Positions 53,908 through 63,294 of a DNA stretch of 64,000 bases are shown here, one piece after another; position 1 is the first letter of the stretch; the number at the start of each line of letters is the position of its first letter. The stretch is from Planctomycetota bacterium (lineage in GTDB: Bacteria; Planctomycetota; UBA1135; UBA2386): positions 42,235-106,234 of the forward strand of contig JBNMNW010000001.1 of assembly GCA_051278165.1 (NCBI GenBank), given 5' to 3'. A model generated the notes under the pieces. It searched no databases, was not told the DNA's origin, and saw nothing but the letters and a program-made list of their open reading frames with translations. Both the position numbers and the translations under genes were made by a program.

Positions 53908-55503
53908 ATGACGCCGACCGAACGTATGCTGTCCGAACTAGTGCCAAGCACAACTTCAGCTCTCGGCCTCGCAGCGGCATCCGCCGCCGACGGATGCGCC
54001 GACGACCCCGAACCTCCGTCGACGCCAGCGAGCCGCCCGAGGCTAGCTGGCAAGCCCAAAAAACACGTCGCCGCGCTAGCTCTGCTACCGCTTGGGCCCA
54101 TGGCTGTACCCGCAGAGATGCAGGGCGCAGTAATGCAGGGCGGTGACCTGCCGGATTGGGGTTCCGCGCTGCCAGACATCCTGGCCGCCGAATTGGTGGT
54201 CTCTTTCAGTCCGCTCTACGCACTCCTCGCGGTGCTTGCAGGCGTGCTCGGCAGCTATGGCGCCATCGCCGCGGCGAGCATGATTGGCTACTCACCAACT
54301 CTGCTTGGCCAACTGCTCGACGACCGCCGCCACAAGGACGCCGACAAGCTGCCTAAAGAGCTGGCCGCACGCCACCGCGAGTACTTCGTCGTCGCGATCA
54401 TCCTGGCCGGCGCGGGCTGGGTCTTCGGCATGCTCGCACTGCGCGAGGCCGTCGAACCTGCAACCTATCCATGGGCGCTCGCGGTGTGGGCGGCAATGAT
54501 GTTGTTTGGCACCGGCAGCTTGCCAGGCGCTCTCGCCGACGCGCGCTCCGAAGCCACGATCCTGTCGCTACTGCCACTACTGCGCGCCAGCTGGTATCTG
54601 CTGCGTTGGCCGGTCGTCATGCCGCTGACTGGCGTGACCAAGTTGGCGATGCGTGCGCTGCGCTTGCAGCGAGTCGAAACCGACGACCCTGCGGAACTGC
54701 AAAAGCAAGTCATGGCTGCCGTCGCCGACAATGTCGACAAAGACGACCTCGTCGATTCCGAACGCACGTGGATTGGCAACATCCTCGCGCTGAAGGATCA
54801 CCAAGTATCGACCGTGATGACGCCGCGCCCGGATATCACGGCGCTGAGCGAAGACATGACGCTGCGCGAAGCCGTTGACCAAGCGCTCGAACACGAGTTC
54901 TCGCGCTACCCGGTGTATCGCGAGCGACTCGATGAAGTCATCGGCATCTTCTACGTCAAAGACGCTCTGCGTATGATGCAGCAGAACCCGGAGAAGCTGG
55001 CCGACACCCCGATTAGCACGTTGCTTCGCGAACCGATGTTCGTGCCCGAAACGACCAGCGTTGCGCAACTGCTCAACCGCGTGCAAGCGGGCAACCAACA
55101 CATGGCAATCGTGCTCGATGAGTATGGAACCACGGTTGGTCTAGCGACCATCGAAGACCTGGTCGAAGAAATCGTCGGGGAGATCGAAGACGAATACGAT
55201 CCGCAGCCCGACGAGCAAAACGACGATCAGATCCGTGTCGTCGAAGCCGGTCGCGTGCTCGAGATTCCGGCGCGCACATCGGTAATCGACATCAACCGAC
55301 TGCTTGGCTCGCAACTTTCCGACGATGGCGACTGGGACACCGTCGCCGGGTTAGTCATCAACTCGTGCAACCGCATCCCGAGCGTCGGGGAATCGATCGT
55401 CATCGACAACGTCGAGTTCGAGGTATTGGAAGCGGACGAACGTCGCGTGCAACGCATGCGCGTGACGGCGACCACGCCAGAGCCCGCTGAGGGTTCGCGT
55501 TGA
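53908..55503 (+). CDS. CNNM/TlyC-family (DUF21-CBS-CorC_HlyC) membrane protein
   Basis: GGAAAGG lies 8 nt upstream of ATG 53908 (the tracked ORF starts at 53713). TM region, then a CBS pair (VSTVMTPRPDITAL...FSRYPVY...VIGIFYVKD; FVPETTSVAQLLNRVQ...HMAIVLDEYGTTVGLATIEDLVEEIVGEIEDEYD), then a CorC_HlyC tail. Confidence 0.85.
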   Translation: MTPTERMLSELVPSTTSALGLAAASAADGCADDPEPPSTPASRPRLAGKPKKHVAALALLPLGPMAVPAEMQGAVMQGGDLPDWGSALPDILAAELVVSFSPLYALLAVLAGVLGSYGAIAAASMIGYSPTLLGQLLDDRRHKDADKLPKELAARHREYFVVAIILAGAGWVFGMLALREAVEPATYPWALAVWAAMMLFGTGSLPGALADARSEATILSLLPLLRASWYLLRWPVVMPLTGVTKLAMRALRLQRVETDDPAELQKQVMAAVADNVDKDDLVDSERTWIGNILALKDHQVSTVMTPRPDITALSEDMTLREAVDQALEHEFSRYPVYRERLDEVIGIFYVKDALRMMQQNPEKLADTPISTLLREPMFVPETTSVAQLLNRVQAGNQHMAIVLDEYGTTVGLATIEDLVEEIVGEIEDEYDPQPDEQNDDQIRVVEAGRVLEIPARTSVIDINRLLGSQLSDDGDWDTVAGLVINSCNRIPSVGESIVIDNVEFEVLEADERRVQRMRVTATTPEPAEGSR

Positions 55504-56291
55504 CCGCCACCGGCCGCGCGCCCAAGCAGCGCGCCGGCCGGCAGACGACCGCTCAGGCGATCGTTCTGCGGCGTCGCGACTTTCGCGAAACCAGCCGCAT
55601 CGTCACCTTCATCACCCGCGAGCACGGCAAGATTACCGGCCTTGCCAAGGGCGCGCATCGACCCGACTCACCGCTGCTCGGGCGCATCGACTTCCTCAAC
55701 GAGGTGACGGCATCGTTCTCCGCAGATCGCGGCGGGCTGCGTATTCTAGCGAGCGCTAAGCTGACCCGAGAACGACGTGCCTTGCGCACGCCCAAGCGCT
55801 TCCTCGCCGCCGGCCATATCGCCTGGCTGGTCGACGTCGCCAGCATGGAAGGCACCCCCGCCCCCGAACTGTTCGACCTGCTATTCGGCGGCCTTAACCT
55901 GCTCGAACGGTGTCCGCTTGCGACCATTCCGCAAGTCGTGCTAGGCCTGGAACTCCGCCACCTGGAGGCCGTCGGCGGCTTACCCGACTTCGAATCATGC
56001 GCCGAATGCAGTGTTGCCCTGACCGACCAGGCGTTCCGCCAGGAAGACACGATGGGGCTGGCCTGCCGACAGCACGCCGGCCTGCCGCGGCACCCGGTGC
56101 TTGGTTCCGCACTGCAGTTACTGCGCACGCTACGGGCCACTAGCGGCCGCGACTGGCCAAGCCTCGAGGTCGGTGCGGAAACCAGATCCGCGGCCAATCT
56201 GACGGCCCTGTGGCTCGCCGCGGCCGTCGAGCAGCGCGCCCCCTACCGGCACATGATCTTTGCGACGAACTCAGCTACCGGGCAAACGTAG
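55500..56291 (+). CDS. recO: DNA repair protein RecO
   Basis: AIVLRRRDFRETSRIVTFITREHGKITGLAKGAHR parallels the E. coli RecO N-terminus. A Cys-rich zinc motif CAECS...CRQH is present. The TTG start overlaps the upstream stop. Confidence 0.85.
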   Translation: MTATGRAPKQRAGRQTTAQAIVLRRRDFRETSRIVTFITREHGKITGLAKGAHRPDSPLLGRIDFLNEVTASFSADRGGLRILASAKLTRERRALRTPKRFLAAGHIAWLVDVASMEGTPAPELFDLLFGGLNLLERCPLATIPQVVLGLELRHLEAVGGLPDFESCAECSVALTDQAFRQEDTMGLACRQHAGLPRHPVLGSALQLLRTLRATSGRDWPSLEVGAETRSAANLTALWLAAAVEQRAPYRHMIFATNSATGQT

Positions 56292-56394
56292 CCGGCCGGC
56301 GAGCTGGGCCAGCAGGTGCAACCTCCGCGGAAGCGCCCGCAAACTCCGGAGACAAGGTTGCCGCCAACGCCCTCGTGCCCCAACATCTTCGAGA

Positions 56395-57366
56395 ATGAAT
56401 GGTCGCCGATTTGCGTGTCTTAGCCTGGGCATCATGCTCGCGGGAACGGCGTGCTCGACGACCAACCTGCCGCTGCAGAGCGCCCCGCAATTGATCGTCG
56501 TGGCCGAGCAACAACTCGAGGAACAGCAGTTCCATCAGGCCCTCGCGACACTCGACCCGATCGTCGATCTGCAGTGCCCAAAGCGCCTGCGCGACCGACG
56601 CGACCTGATCACGGCCCAAGCATTCTTCGGACTGGGCCAACCGTGGCAGGCGTTCCTCGAGCTCGAAGAGTTCTCCGTGCTCTACCCGCATAGCGACTTG
56701 CGCAGCCGCGCCGTCGACATCATCTGGAACGCCGGCAAGGTGCTCTTCGAGAGCGACGGTGGCTTCCTGTTCTTCTGGTCGGACAAGCGCGCTGGACGCA
56801 CCGTGCTCGAGCACTTGGTGACGCGCCACCCCGACACCCAGCGCCTTGCCGACGCCCTGCGCATCCTCGGCGACATGGCTTTTGAGAACGGCAACTACGA
56901 GCTCGCCCAAGAACGCTATCGCGACATCATCTACAGCCGACCCGACAGTGACTGGCGCTTCTACGCGCAGTTCCGACTAGCGATGAGCCTCGTCGCGAGC
57001 CTGCGCGGAGCGGACTACGACCTCAGCCGCATGGAGCAAGCGGCCGGCCATCTGCGCGAGTTCCTGAGCAGCAAGCCCGAAGGTCCGAAGATGGTCGAGG
57101 CCGCAACGCAGGCGCTGACGATGGTCAAGCAGTGGCAGGTGCAACGTCACATGGACATCGCCGACTTCTACAAAACGCTGAACAGCATCGAAGGTCAGCG
57201 CTACCACTTGCAGCTGGCGACCAGCAGCGAGTTCGAACAGGCGCCGGGTTATGAGCAAGCTGTCGAACGGCGCCAGGCATTCGAAGCGGCCAACCCAGTG
57301 GGCGGCGCCCAAGTTGCGACCACTCCAGTTGTGGACATCAAAAATGCTGCGGGCGGCCAACCATGA
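56395..57366 (+). CDS. TPR-like lipoprotein, BamD (YfiO)-like outer-membrane assembly factor
   Basis: The likely start is ATG 56395 (MNGRRFACLSLGIMLAGTAC lipobox). Helical repeat content follows (e.g. QQFHQALATLDPIV, GNYELAQERYRDIIY). It lies next to an LptE-like gene. Functional assignment is moderate. Confidence 0.55.
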   Translation: MNGRRFACLSLGIMLAGTACSTTNLPLQSAPQLIVVAEQQLEEQQFHQALATLDPIVDLQCPKRLRDRRDLITAQAFFGLGQPWQAFLELEEFSVLYPHSDLRSRAVDIIWNAGKVLFESDGGFLFFWSDKRAGRTVLEHLVTRHPDTQRLADALRILGDMAFENGNYELAQERYRDIIYSRPDSDWRFYAQFRLAMSLVASLRGADYDLSRMEQAAGHLREFLSSKPEGPKMVEAATQALTMVKQWQVQRHMDIADFYKTLNSIEGQRYHLQLATSSEFEQAPGYEQAVERRQAFEAANPVGGAQVATTPVVDIKNAAGGQP

Positions 57367-57902
57367 TGGCTCGAACGCAGCGCACTCTGTCATGGATGCT
57401 GCTACTCGCGACCGCCACGCTGAGTAGCTGTGGCTACACGTTCGGCAACGGACTGGCCGACTACGGCATTCGCACCGTGGCCTTCCAGGTCGTCGGCAAC
57501 CAGAGCTACCGCCAACGACTCGAGGTCGAGATTAGCCGCTTCCTGGCGCGCGAGTTGCCGGTCACCACCGACCTTACGCTCGCCGACCGCAGCACCGCAG
57601 ACGCGGTGCTGCAAGTCGTGCTCTCTGATGTCCGCGAGCGCACCGTCGTGACCGGTCGCCCAACGCCACCGCCACCCGGCGGCATACCAGACTTGGCCTT
57701 CTCGCGCGTTCGTGAGGGCGCGATCGAAGGCTCCATCGTGCTGCGTCTGGTGGCCAGAGACGGCACCGTGAAGCTAGAGCGCGAGTTACTCGACCGCACC
57801 GAATTCCGGGCGGGCATGGGCGAGAACCTGACTTCCGCGCGCGCCGAGCTTGCCGAAGACCTGGCTCGCAAGATTGCGCTCGCACTCGAGAACGACTTCT
57901 GA
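57363..57902 (+). CDS. LptE-like LPS-assembly lipoprotein
   Basis: The ATG overlaps the upstream stop (ATGA at 57363-57366). The lipobox is LATATLSSCGYTFGNG (compare the LptE pattern ..ACGF.L.G). 179 aa. Confidence 0.5.
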   Translation: MMARTQRTLSWMLLLATATLSSCGYTFGNGLADYGIRTVAFQVVGNQSYRQRLEVEISRFLARELPVTTDLTLADRSTADAVLQVVLSDVRERTVVTGRPTPPPPGGIPDLAFSRVREGAIEGSIVLRLVARDGTVKLERELLDRTEFRAGMGENLTSARAELAEDLARKIALALENDF

Positions 57903-57904
57903 TC

Positions 57905-58456
57905 ATGACCGATCCCCGCAAAGCCCTCTCCGAAACGTTCACCGCGGATCCGTTGGTCGGCGTCATCATGGGTTCGCGCAGTGACTGGGCGACCATGCAG
58001 CACTGTGCCGACACGCTCGAAGAGATGGGCGTTCCTCACGAAGTGCGCATCGTCTCCGCGCATCGCACGCCCGACTGGCTGATGGAATACGCGGGCACTG
58101 CCGAAGCGCGCGGCCTGCAGGTATTGATCGCGGCCGCCGGCGGCGCCGCACACTTGCCCGGCATGACCGCGAGCAAGACCGTGTTGCCAGTGCTCGGCGT
58201 GCCGATAGACGCAACCTGCATGAAGGGCATGGACGCGTTGCTGTCGATTGTGCAGATGCCAGGCGGCGTGCCAGTGGGAACCCTCGCGGTCGGCAAACCG
58301 GGCGCCATCAACGCCGCGCTACTCGCAACGGCGATGCTCGGCGAGGCACATCCCGAACTACGCGAAGCCTTGCGCCAACGTCGTCAAGCGATGACCGACA
58401 AGGTGCTCGCTGACCAGGACCCGCGCGAACCCGCGCCAGCCGCTAAGAACGCATGA
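57905..58456 (+). CDS. purE: 5-(carboxyamino)imidazole ribonucleotide mutase
   Basis: VGVIMGSRSDW, RIVSAHRTPD and AAGGAAHLPGM...PVLGVP. Confidence 0.95.
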   Translation: MTDPRKALSETFTADPLVGVIMGSRSDWATMQHCADTLEEMGVPHEVRIVSAHRTPDWLMEYAGTAEARGLQVLIAAAGGAAHLPGMTASKTVLPVLGVPIDATCMKGMDALLSIVQMPGGVPVGTLAVGKPGAINAALLATAMLGEAHPELREALRQRRQAMTDKVLADQDPREPAPAAKNA

Positions 58457-59559
58457 TCACCGCGGTGCTCGGAGGAGGCCAACTGGCCCGCATGCTAGCG
58501 CTTGCTGGCGCCTCACTCGGGCTGCGCACGCGCTGCCTCGATCCATTCCCGGACGCTGTCGCCGGTCACGTCAGCGAACTGATCGTTGCCGACTTCGACG
58601 ATGTCGCAGCGCTCGGTCGCTTGGCCCAAGGCGCCGACGTGTGCACGTTCGAGTTTGAGAACGTGCCGGTAGCGGCAACCGAGTGGCTAACCGAACACGC
58701 AACGGTGCATCCGCATCCGCGGGCCCTAGGCATTGGCCAAGACCGTGTGCAAGAGAAGCAGTTGTTCCAGCGACTCGGCATCGGCGTCGCCAGATTCGAA
58801 GCCGCGAACACACTCGAAGAGTTGCGTCAGGCAGTCGCCACGATTGGCACACCGTGCATCATCAAGACGCGCCGCCTCGGCTACGACGGCCGCGGTCAAG
58901 TGCGACTGCAGCCCGGCGACGATCTCGCGCAAGCGATCGACGCGGCCCACGCTTCGCTAACTGATAACTACCATGGCGGTTTGGTGGTCGAAGGCATGGT
59001 GCCGTTCGACCGCGAACTCTCGGTGCTTGCCGTGCGCGGTCGCACCGGCGAGATCGCCTGCTATCCGCTGGTCGAGAACGAGCACGAGGGCGGCATCTTG
59101 CGCCGCAGCCGCGCGCCGGCACCGAACCTATCTTCCGAAGTGCAGGCAGAGGCAGCTGAGATTGCCGCGACGCTGCTCAACGAACTCGACTACGTCGGCG
59201 TTCTCGCCGTCGAACTGTTCGATGTTGGCGGCACGCTGCTCGCCAACGAGATGGCGCCACGGGTGCACAATTCGGGCCACTGGACGATCGAAGGTTCGGT
59301 CTGTTCGCAGTTCGAAAACCACCTGCGTGCCGTTCACGGCTTGCCGCTCGGCAGCACCGAGATGGCGCAAGGCGGCGTCGCCACGATGATCAACTTGATC
59401 AGCGAGATGCCGGAGCGACAGCACTTGTTCTCGCTGCCGGGCGTGCATGTGCACGACTACGGCAAGTCACCACGAGCAAACCGCAAGCTCGGTCATGCAA
59501 CGGTTGTCGGTCAGGACCGCGCCGAAGTCGACGCGATGGCCGGCCGCATCTTGGGCTGA
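58453..59559 (+). CDS. purK: 5-(carboxyamino)imidazole ribonucleotide synthase
   Basis: GGGQLARM at the N-terminus, an ATP-grasp body (KTRRLGYDGRGQ), and APRVHNSGHWT. The start overlaps the purE stop (ATGA). Confidence 0.92.
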   Translation: MITAVLGGGQLARMLALAGASLGLRTRCLDPFPDAVAGHVSELIVADFDDVAALGRLAQGADVCTFEFENVPVAATEWLTEHATVHPHPRALGIGQDRVQEKQLFQRLGIGVARFEAANTLEELRQAVATIGTPCIIKTRRLGYDGRGQVRLQPGDDLAQAIDAAHASLTDNYHGGLVVEGMVPFDRELSVLAVRGRTGEIACYPLVENEHEGGILRRSRAPAPNLSSEVQAEAAEIAATLLNELDYVGVLAVELFDVGGTLLANEMAPRVHNSGHWTIEGSVCSQFENHLRAVHGLPLGSTEMAQGGVATMINLISEMPERQHLFSLPGVHVHDYGKSPRANRKLGHATVVGQDRAEVDAMAGRILG

Positions 59560-59622
59560 ACGCGCGCGCAGTTCTTACCGTGCGCGATGCGCAAGGGAAC
59601 CGCGACGCGCAAGCGCCGGGCC

Positions 59623-60489
59623 TTAGCCCTTGCCTTCGCTCAGTTCGCGGATCTTGACCTTCTTAGCAGGGGTCTTGTTGCCGTTGTCGTTGCCGTTGTC
59701 GTTGCCGTCGGCGGGCTTGCCGGGCTTGGTCACAACCTCAACCCATGAGCGAACGATCTTCGGACCATCCTTCAGCACGCCGTTGTTCGCGCGTGAACCC
59801 AACTTGGCGAGCGCCTGCAACGTAGCTTGACCTTCGACGACTTCGCCCCAGATGGTGTACTTACCATCGAGTTGGGCCGTCGGACCGAACGTCAGGAAGA
59901 ACTGCGAGCCTTCACTCTTCGGGCGACCGGTGTTGGCCGTGCTCAGGATGCCGGCCTTGTCGTGCTTTCGCTTGCCCTTGAACTCGCCTGCCATGAAGTA
60001 GCCGGGGTTGCCGGTGCCACTGCCCGTCGGGCAACCACCCTGCGCCATGAAGCCCGGGATGATGCGGTGGAAGTTGAGGCCGTCGTAGAAGCCGAGGCGC
60101 GACAGGTAGATGCCACTCGAAACGTGCTTTGGCGCAGTGTCGGCGAAGTAGCGGATCTTCATCGAGCCAACGGCCGTCTCCACGTGCCAAAAGTACTCAG
60201 CGTTCTTGTTGAACGCCAACGTCGGCGGCTGGCTCAACGACTGGCGCCAGCCCGCCTTCTTCGTGTCGACTTCCTTCTTGGCGATGAAGTTGTCGAGGGC
60301 CTTGATCCCAATATCGGCCTTCGTCGCCTTGGTGTCCTGGTTCTTGGGCGCCTGGGCCTTGGTGTCCTGGGTCTTGGTGTCCTGGGACTCGGTGTCCTGG
60401 GACTTGGGGCCCTGCTTCTTGTCTTGAGCGGGCAGAACGGCGAGTGCCGCGAGCAGCGGCGCACAGACGACAATCGTCAGGGTCTTCAT
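59623..60489 (-). CDS. secreted cyclophilin-type peptidyl-prolyl cis-trans isomerase with repeat-rich termini
   Basis: The likely start is ATG 60489-60487 (MKTLTIVVCAPLLAALAVLPAQ). The cyclophilin core is FHRIIPGFMAQGGCPTGSGTGNPGY...SQFFLTF. The N-terminal QDTESQDTKTQDTKAQAPKNQDTK comes from 15-bp repeats at 60327-60410. The C-terminal GNDNGNDNGN comes from 12-bp repeats at 59677-59710. Confidence 0.88.
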   Translation of the reverse strand: MKTLTIVVCAPLLAALAVLPAQDKKQGPKSQDTESQDTKTQDTKAQAPKNQDTKATKADIGIKALDNFIAKKEVDTKKAGWRQSLSQPPTLAFNKNAEYFWHVETAVGSMKIRYFADTAPKHVSSGIYLSRLGFYDGLNFHRIIPGFMAQGGCPTGSGTGNPGYFMAGEFKGKRKHDKAGILSTANTGRPKSEGSQFFLTFGPTAQLDGKYTIWGEVVEGQATLQALAKLGSRANNGVLKDGPKIVRSWVEVVTKPGKPADGNDNGNDNGNKTPAKKVKIRELSEGKG

Positions 60490-60724
60490 GGCCGGAATCA
60501 TATACAGAGACGGCGACATCGCGACCCCATGCCGTACCGATCAGCGCTCGGAATGGCTAGATCTGACGTAAGCGAGTCAAACCAGACGGCAAATCGCCTC
60601 GATCAAGACGCTCATGGCCCATCGACGGATGGCTGGCCCGAGGCCAAGCAGCAGCCGTAACACCGCTGACCGCAAATAGACTGGCTGACTGCACTGGCCC
60701 AATTCCATGGCCCAAGTCACTGCC

Positions 60725-60763
60725 GAGATTATCTGCCGCGATTATCAGTCGCGATTATCTGTC
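60725..60763. repeat. 3 x 13-bp tandem repeat GMGATTATCWGYC
   Basis: gagattatctgcc (60725-60737), gcgattatcagtc (60738-60750) and gcgattatctgtc (60751-60763). It lies 22 bp beyond the stop of the 60785-62062 gene, between two minus-strand genes. Confidence 0.85.
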
Positions 60764-60784
60764 GACTGGGCGACTTCGCAGCCG

Positions 60785-62062
60785 CTACTTCGACGCAGAT
60801 CTATCCGGCTTGATCATCGACAACGCCTGCGATGGCATGAGTTGCTGATCCTCACGCGGCAAGCCGTGCTCCAGCCAGTGCAGGATGCGGGACACGCGAT
60901 GGTAGTACTGGTGATGCTGCATCACCTCGGCGTGGCCATGGGCCGCCACTCGGGCGCGCTCATCCGCCTTGGGCAACCACTGCTCGATCTTCTCAAGCGC
61001 TTCGTCTTCGTCGCGATACCACAGCAGGTGCTCACCGTTTTGGAAGACCTTCTCCAACTGCGGCACGTAGTGCGTCAGATGGAACGCTCCGCATGCCATC
61101 GTCAAGAACGTGCGGTTACTGCAGTAGTAGGCGTCGTCATTGACTTCATTGACGCCGAGCACGATGCGTGACGTTGCACAAACCTTGGCGTAGGTCCGGT
61201 TGTTGATTGGTCCGTTGACGCGCAGGTGTGAATGCTGCGCACTCCAGCGATCCCAGTGACGGCCGTAGACTTCGGTGTCAAAGCGGCGGGCGATCTCGGC
61301 CAAGAACGAAGCGCGCTGACCGCGGCGACCCGGCCCACCAATGAACGCAACATCACGCAACGGTCGCTGCGGCTCGATCGGACGGTGGTAGCGCGGCGCG
61401 AAGCCACTCATCAAGAACGCCATGTTGTCGAGGCCGTGCTCGCGCAACCACGGGAAGCGCGCCGGGTTGCTCATGCAAACCAAGTCGGCCTGACGGAAGT
61501 AGTCGATGACCGAGACATCCAGCTGCTCCAACGCTTCTTCACACCAAACGACAATGCGCGCGTCGTGACGAAACTCGGACGCCAACACCTGCGGCAAGTC
61601 TCGGAAGAACACGAAGATCGTGTCGGGCTTGTAGTTCTTGAAGTCAGCAGCCAAGAGCTTATTGGCAATCTGGGTGCCAAACCAACGACGCCATTTGACA
61701 CGATTGCGCCAACGTACTTCGACGCCGTGGCGACGCAGCGAATCAACGAGCGCGCCCGTGCAACGCGTGCGCGACATGCTCTTGCCGAGGAACAGCACGC
61801 GACGAACTGGTCCCAGCCGGGACAAGCCTGTCAGTCGACCTTTCGAAATGCTCGCGGCGTGGGAATCGACTGGGTTCATACCAAAAGGCATTACTAACGA
61901 GTCGGGTCCGACCGGCTCGAGTTTCGGCTGCTGATGCGCATTCCGTTGCGACGGCTCTCCAGGGGAGTCGCCAGAGGTGTCTCGAAGGGAGCTGGAGCGC
62001 TCGCCTCCGCTTTGCGGGGTTCGCGACATGTCTGATTCGTCGTTAGGCACCGATCCTCCCAT
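60785..62062 (-). CDS. CgeB-like glycosyltransferase-family protein (DUF3880 / Glyco_trans_1_2 type)
   Basis: VLFLGKS...RHGVEV...DTIFVFFRD in the N-terminal half. DVAFIGGPG...RASFLAEI...RIVLGVNEVND...SNRTFLTMACGAFHLTHY...NGEHLLWYRDEDEALEKI in the C-terminal half. Both are typical of CgeB-family proteins. Start uncertain (M1 or M12). Confidence 0.7.
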   Translation of the reverse strand: MGGSVPNDESDMSRTPQSGGERSSSLRDTSGDSPGEPSQRNAHQQPKLEPVGPDSLVMPFGMNPVDSHAASISKGRLTGLSRLGPVRRVLFLGKSMSRTRCTGALVDSLRRHGVEVRWRNRVKWRRWFGTQIANKLLAADFKNYKPDTIFVFFRDLPQVLASEFRHDARIVVWCEEALEQLDVSVIDYFRQADLVCMSNPARFPWLREHGLDNMAFLMSGFAPRYHRPIEPQRPLRDVAFIGGPGRRGQRASFLAEIARRFDTEVYGRHWDRWSAQHSHLRVNGPINNRTYAKVCATSRIVLGVNEVNDDAYYCSNRTFLTMACGAFHLTHYVPQLEKVFQNGEHLLWYRDEDEALEKIEQWLPKADERARVAAHGHAEVMQHHQYYHRVSRILHWLEHGLPREDQQLMPSQALSMIKPDRSASK

Positions 62063-62088
62063 ACATCAGAGCCATAAGCATATGGACC

Positions 62089-62163
62089 CAATTGCAGCCA
62101 GCCCAATTGCAGCCAGGTCAATTGCAGCCAGGTCAACTGCAGCCAGGTCAACTGCAGCCGGCT
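62089..62163. repeat. 5 x 15-bp tandem repeat CAAYTGCAGCCAGGT upstream of the CgeB-like gene
   Basis: Units lie at 62089, 62104, 62119, 62134 and 62149, and the end units are slightly diverged. It sits 27 bp upstream of the ORF start at 62062. On the minus strand, internal unit junctions read CAATTG|ACCTGG, creating TTGACC hexamers. Confidence 0.9.
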
Positions 62164-62229
62164 CAGCGCATGCTGAACAGTCGTGCAACCTTGGCGGGTT
62201 TGCTGGCGCATCGAACCGCGCTACTCCCC

Positions 62230-62265
62230 CCGACCGCGTGAAAACATCCGACCGCGTGACAACAT
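62230..62265. repeat. 2 x 18-bp tandem repeat CCGACCGCGTGAMAACAT (plus a degenerate third copy)
   Basis: Copies lie at 62230-62247 and 62248-62265. A diverged copy at 62266-62283 runs into the stop of the kinase gene. Confidence 0.8.
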
Positions 62266-62274
62266 CCCACCGCG

Positions 62275-63294
62275 CTACCGCACAGAGCGAGTTGCTGCCG
62301 AAGAGACTGATCGCACTTCTTCTTCGATCCGTTCGTCTTCGCACAGAAAAGGAACATACAGGGCAGCACCACCACCGAGCCACCACCACTTTTGGAAGAA
62401 TGCCGCGAACACCGGCGCTATGCCTTCCTGCAGGTGACGGGCCCGTTGCCCAATCCAAGCCGTTCGCAGCGACCGCCCTCCTTGCCACCAACGCCCCGGC
62501 GGCAACTCTCCACGCAGCCGGTATTCGACTCCCGCTAGCTGGGTGCGGCGCGAAAACTCGGTGCTGTTCATCAAGCAGCGGCGAATCCGTGAGTCTTGGT
62601 AGTGCAGCTGAAGCCGCTGAAGCCGGGTATTCACTGACTCACACTCATGGTCACTCCGGAGCAAGCCGATGCTCCGCATACGAACCAATGCGGCCACTCG
62701 CTCCAGTTCGTCGCGGTCGCGGAGTAGACGCGACGCAACGGCGAGTCGCACCCTGGACGACGAAGTCTGGCCTAAGCGGATTTGCGACGCGGACTGCATG
62801 TCCAATACGGCGAGTTCGCCAGACGCCATCAGCACGAAGTTCTCGGTATGCAGATCGCGATGATGGATGCCGGCCGTGACCAACCGCTTGGCGAGTTCGA
62901 TTTCTTGCTCGAGCCGCTGGGAAGGGTTCGGCGCAAGATCACTGAGCGGTAGGGAGCGCAACACCAGCATCGAACGGTGCGGCAGCCAGGCACGCCGCTG
63001 CACGCGCACATCGACAACGTCGGGGCATGGGATCGCAGCGGCCCGGGTCAGAGCAAGCATGTTCGCTTCGTGCACCGCAGGCAGCGCGCGGAACGCATAC
63101 CGCAAACGATCCTTCTTGCGTGGGAAGGTCATCGTCTTGATGTGCACCGGCCCCGACGGCAACTCGCCGCGATGCACGGCGCGAATCAACCGCCCCTGCA
63201 CGCGAACCAAGTCCTTCGGCAGTTCGCCGGTTGCAACGAACGTCTGCCACCAATGCTCGAGCACCTGCTGATCTGCTGCGGAGGTCTCAAGCAT
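62275..63294 (-). CDS. lipopolysaccharide kinase (Kdo/WaaP/InaA) family protein
   Basis: Protein-kinase-like catalytic loop GIHHRDLHTENFVL and LAVLDMQS. The upstream part is VHIKTMTF...HEANMLAL. The preferred start is ATG 63294 (MLETSAADQQ), which overlaps the upstream gene by 8 nt. Confidence 0.7.
   Translation of the reverse strand: MLETSAADQQVLEHWWQTFVATGELPKDLVRVQGRLIRAVHRGELPSGPVHIKTMTFPRKKDRLRYAFRALPAVHEANMLALTRAAAIPCPDVVDVRVQRRAWLPHRSMLVLRSLPLSDLAPNPSQRLEQEIELAKRLVTAGIHHRDLHTENFVLMASGELAVLDMQSASQIRLGQTSSSRVRLAVASRLLRDRDELERVAALVRMRSIGLLRSDHECESVNTRLQRLQLHYQDSRIRRCLMNSTEFSRRTQLAGVEYRLRGELPPGRWWQGGRSLRTAWIGQRARHLQEGIAPVFAAFFQKWWWLGGGAALYVPFLCEDERIEEEVRSVSSAATRSVR

Noticed and set aside
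62089-62163. Possible CRISPR array; the same check was applied to the other tandem arrays at 9510-9560 and 60725-60763
   Set aside because: The units are directly abutting tandem repeats of 13-17 bp with no unique spacers, far shorter than CRISPR repeats, and no cas genes are in the window.
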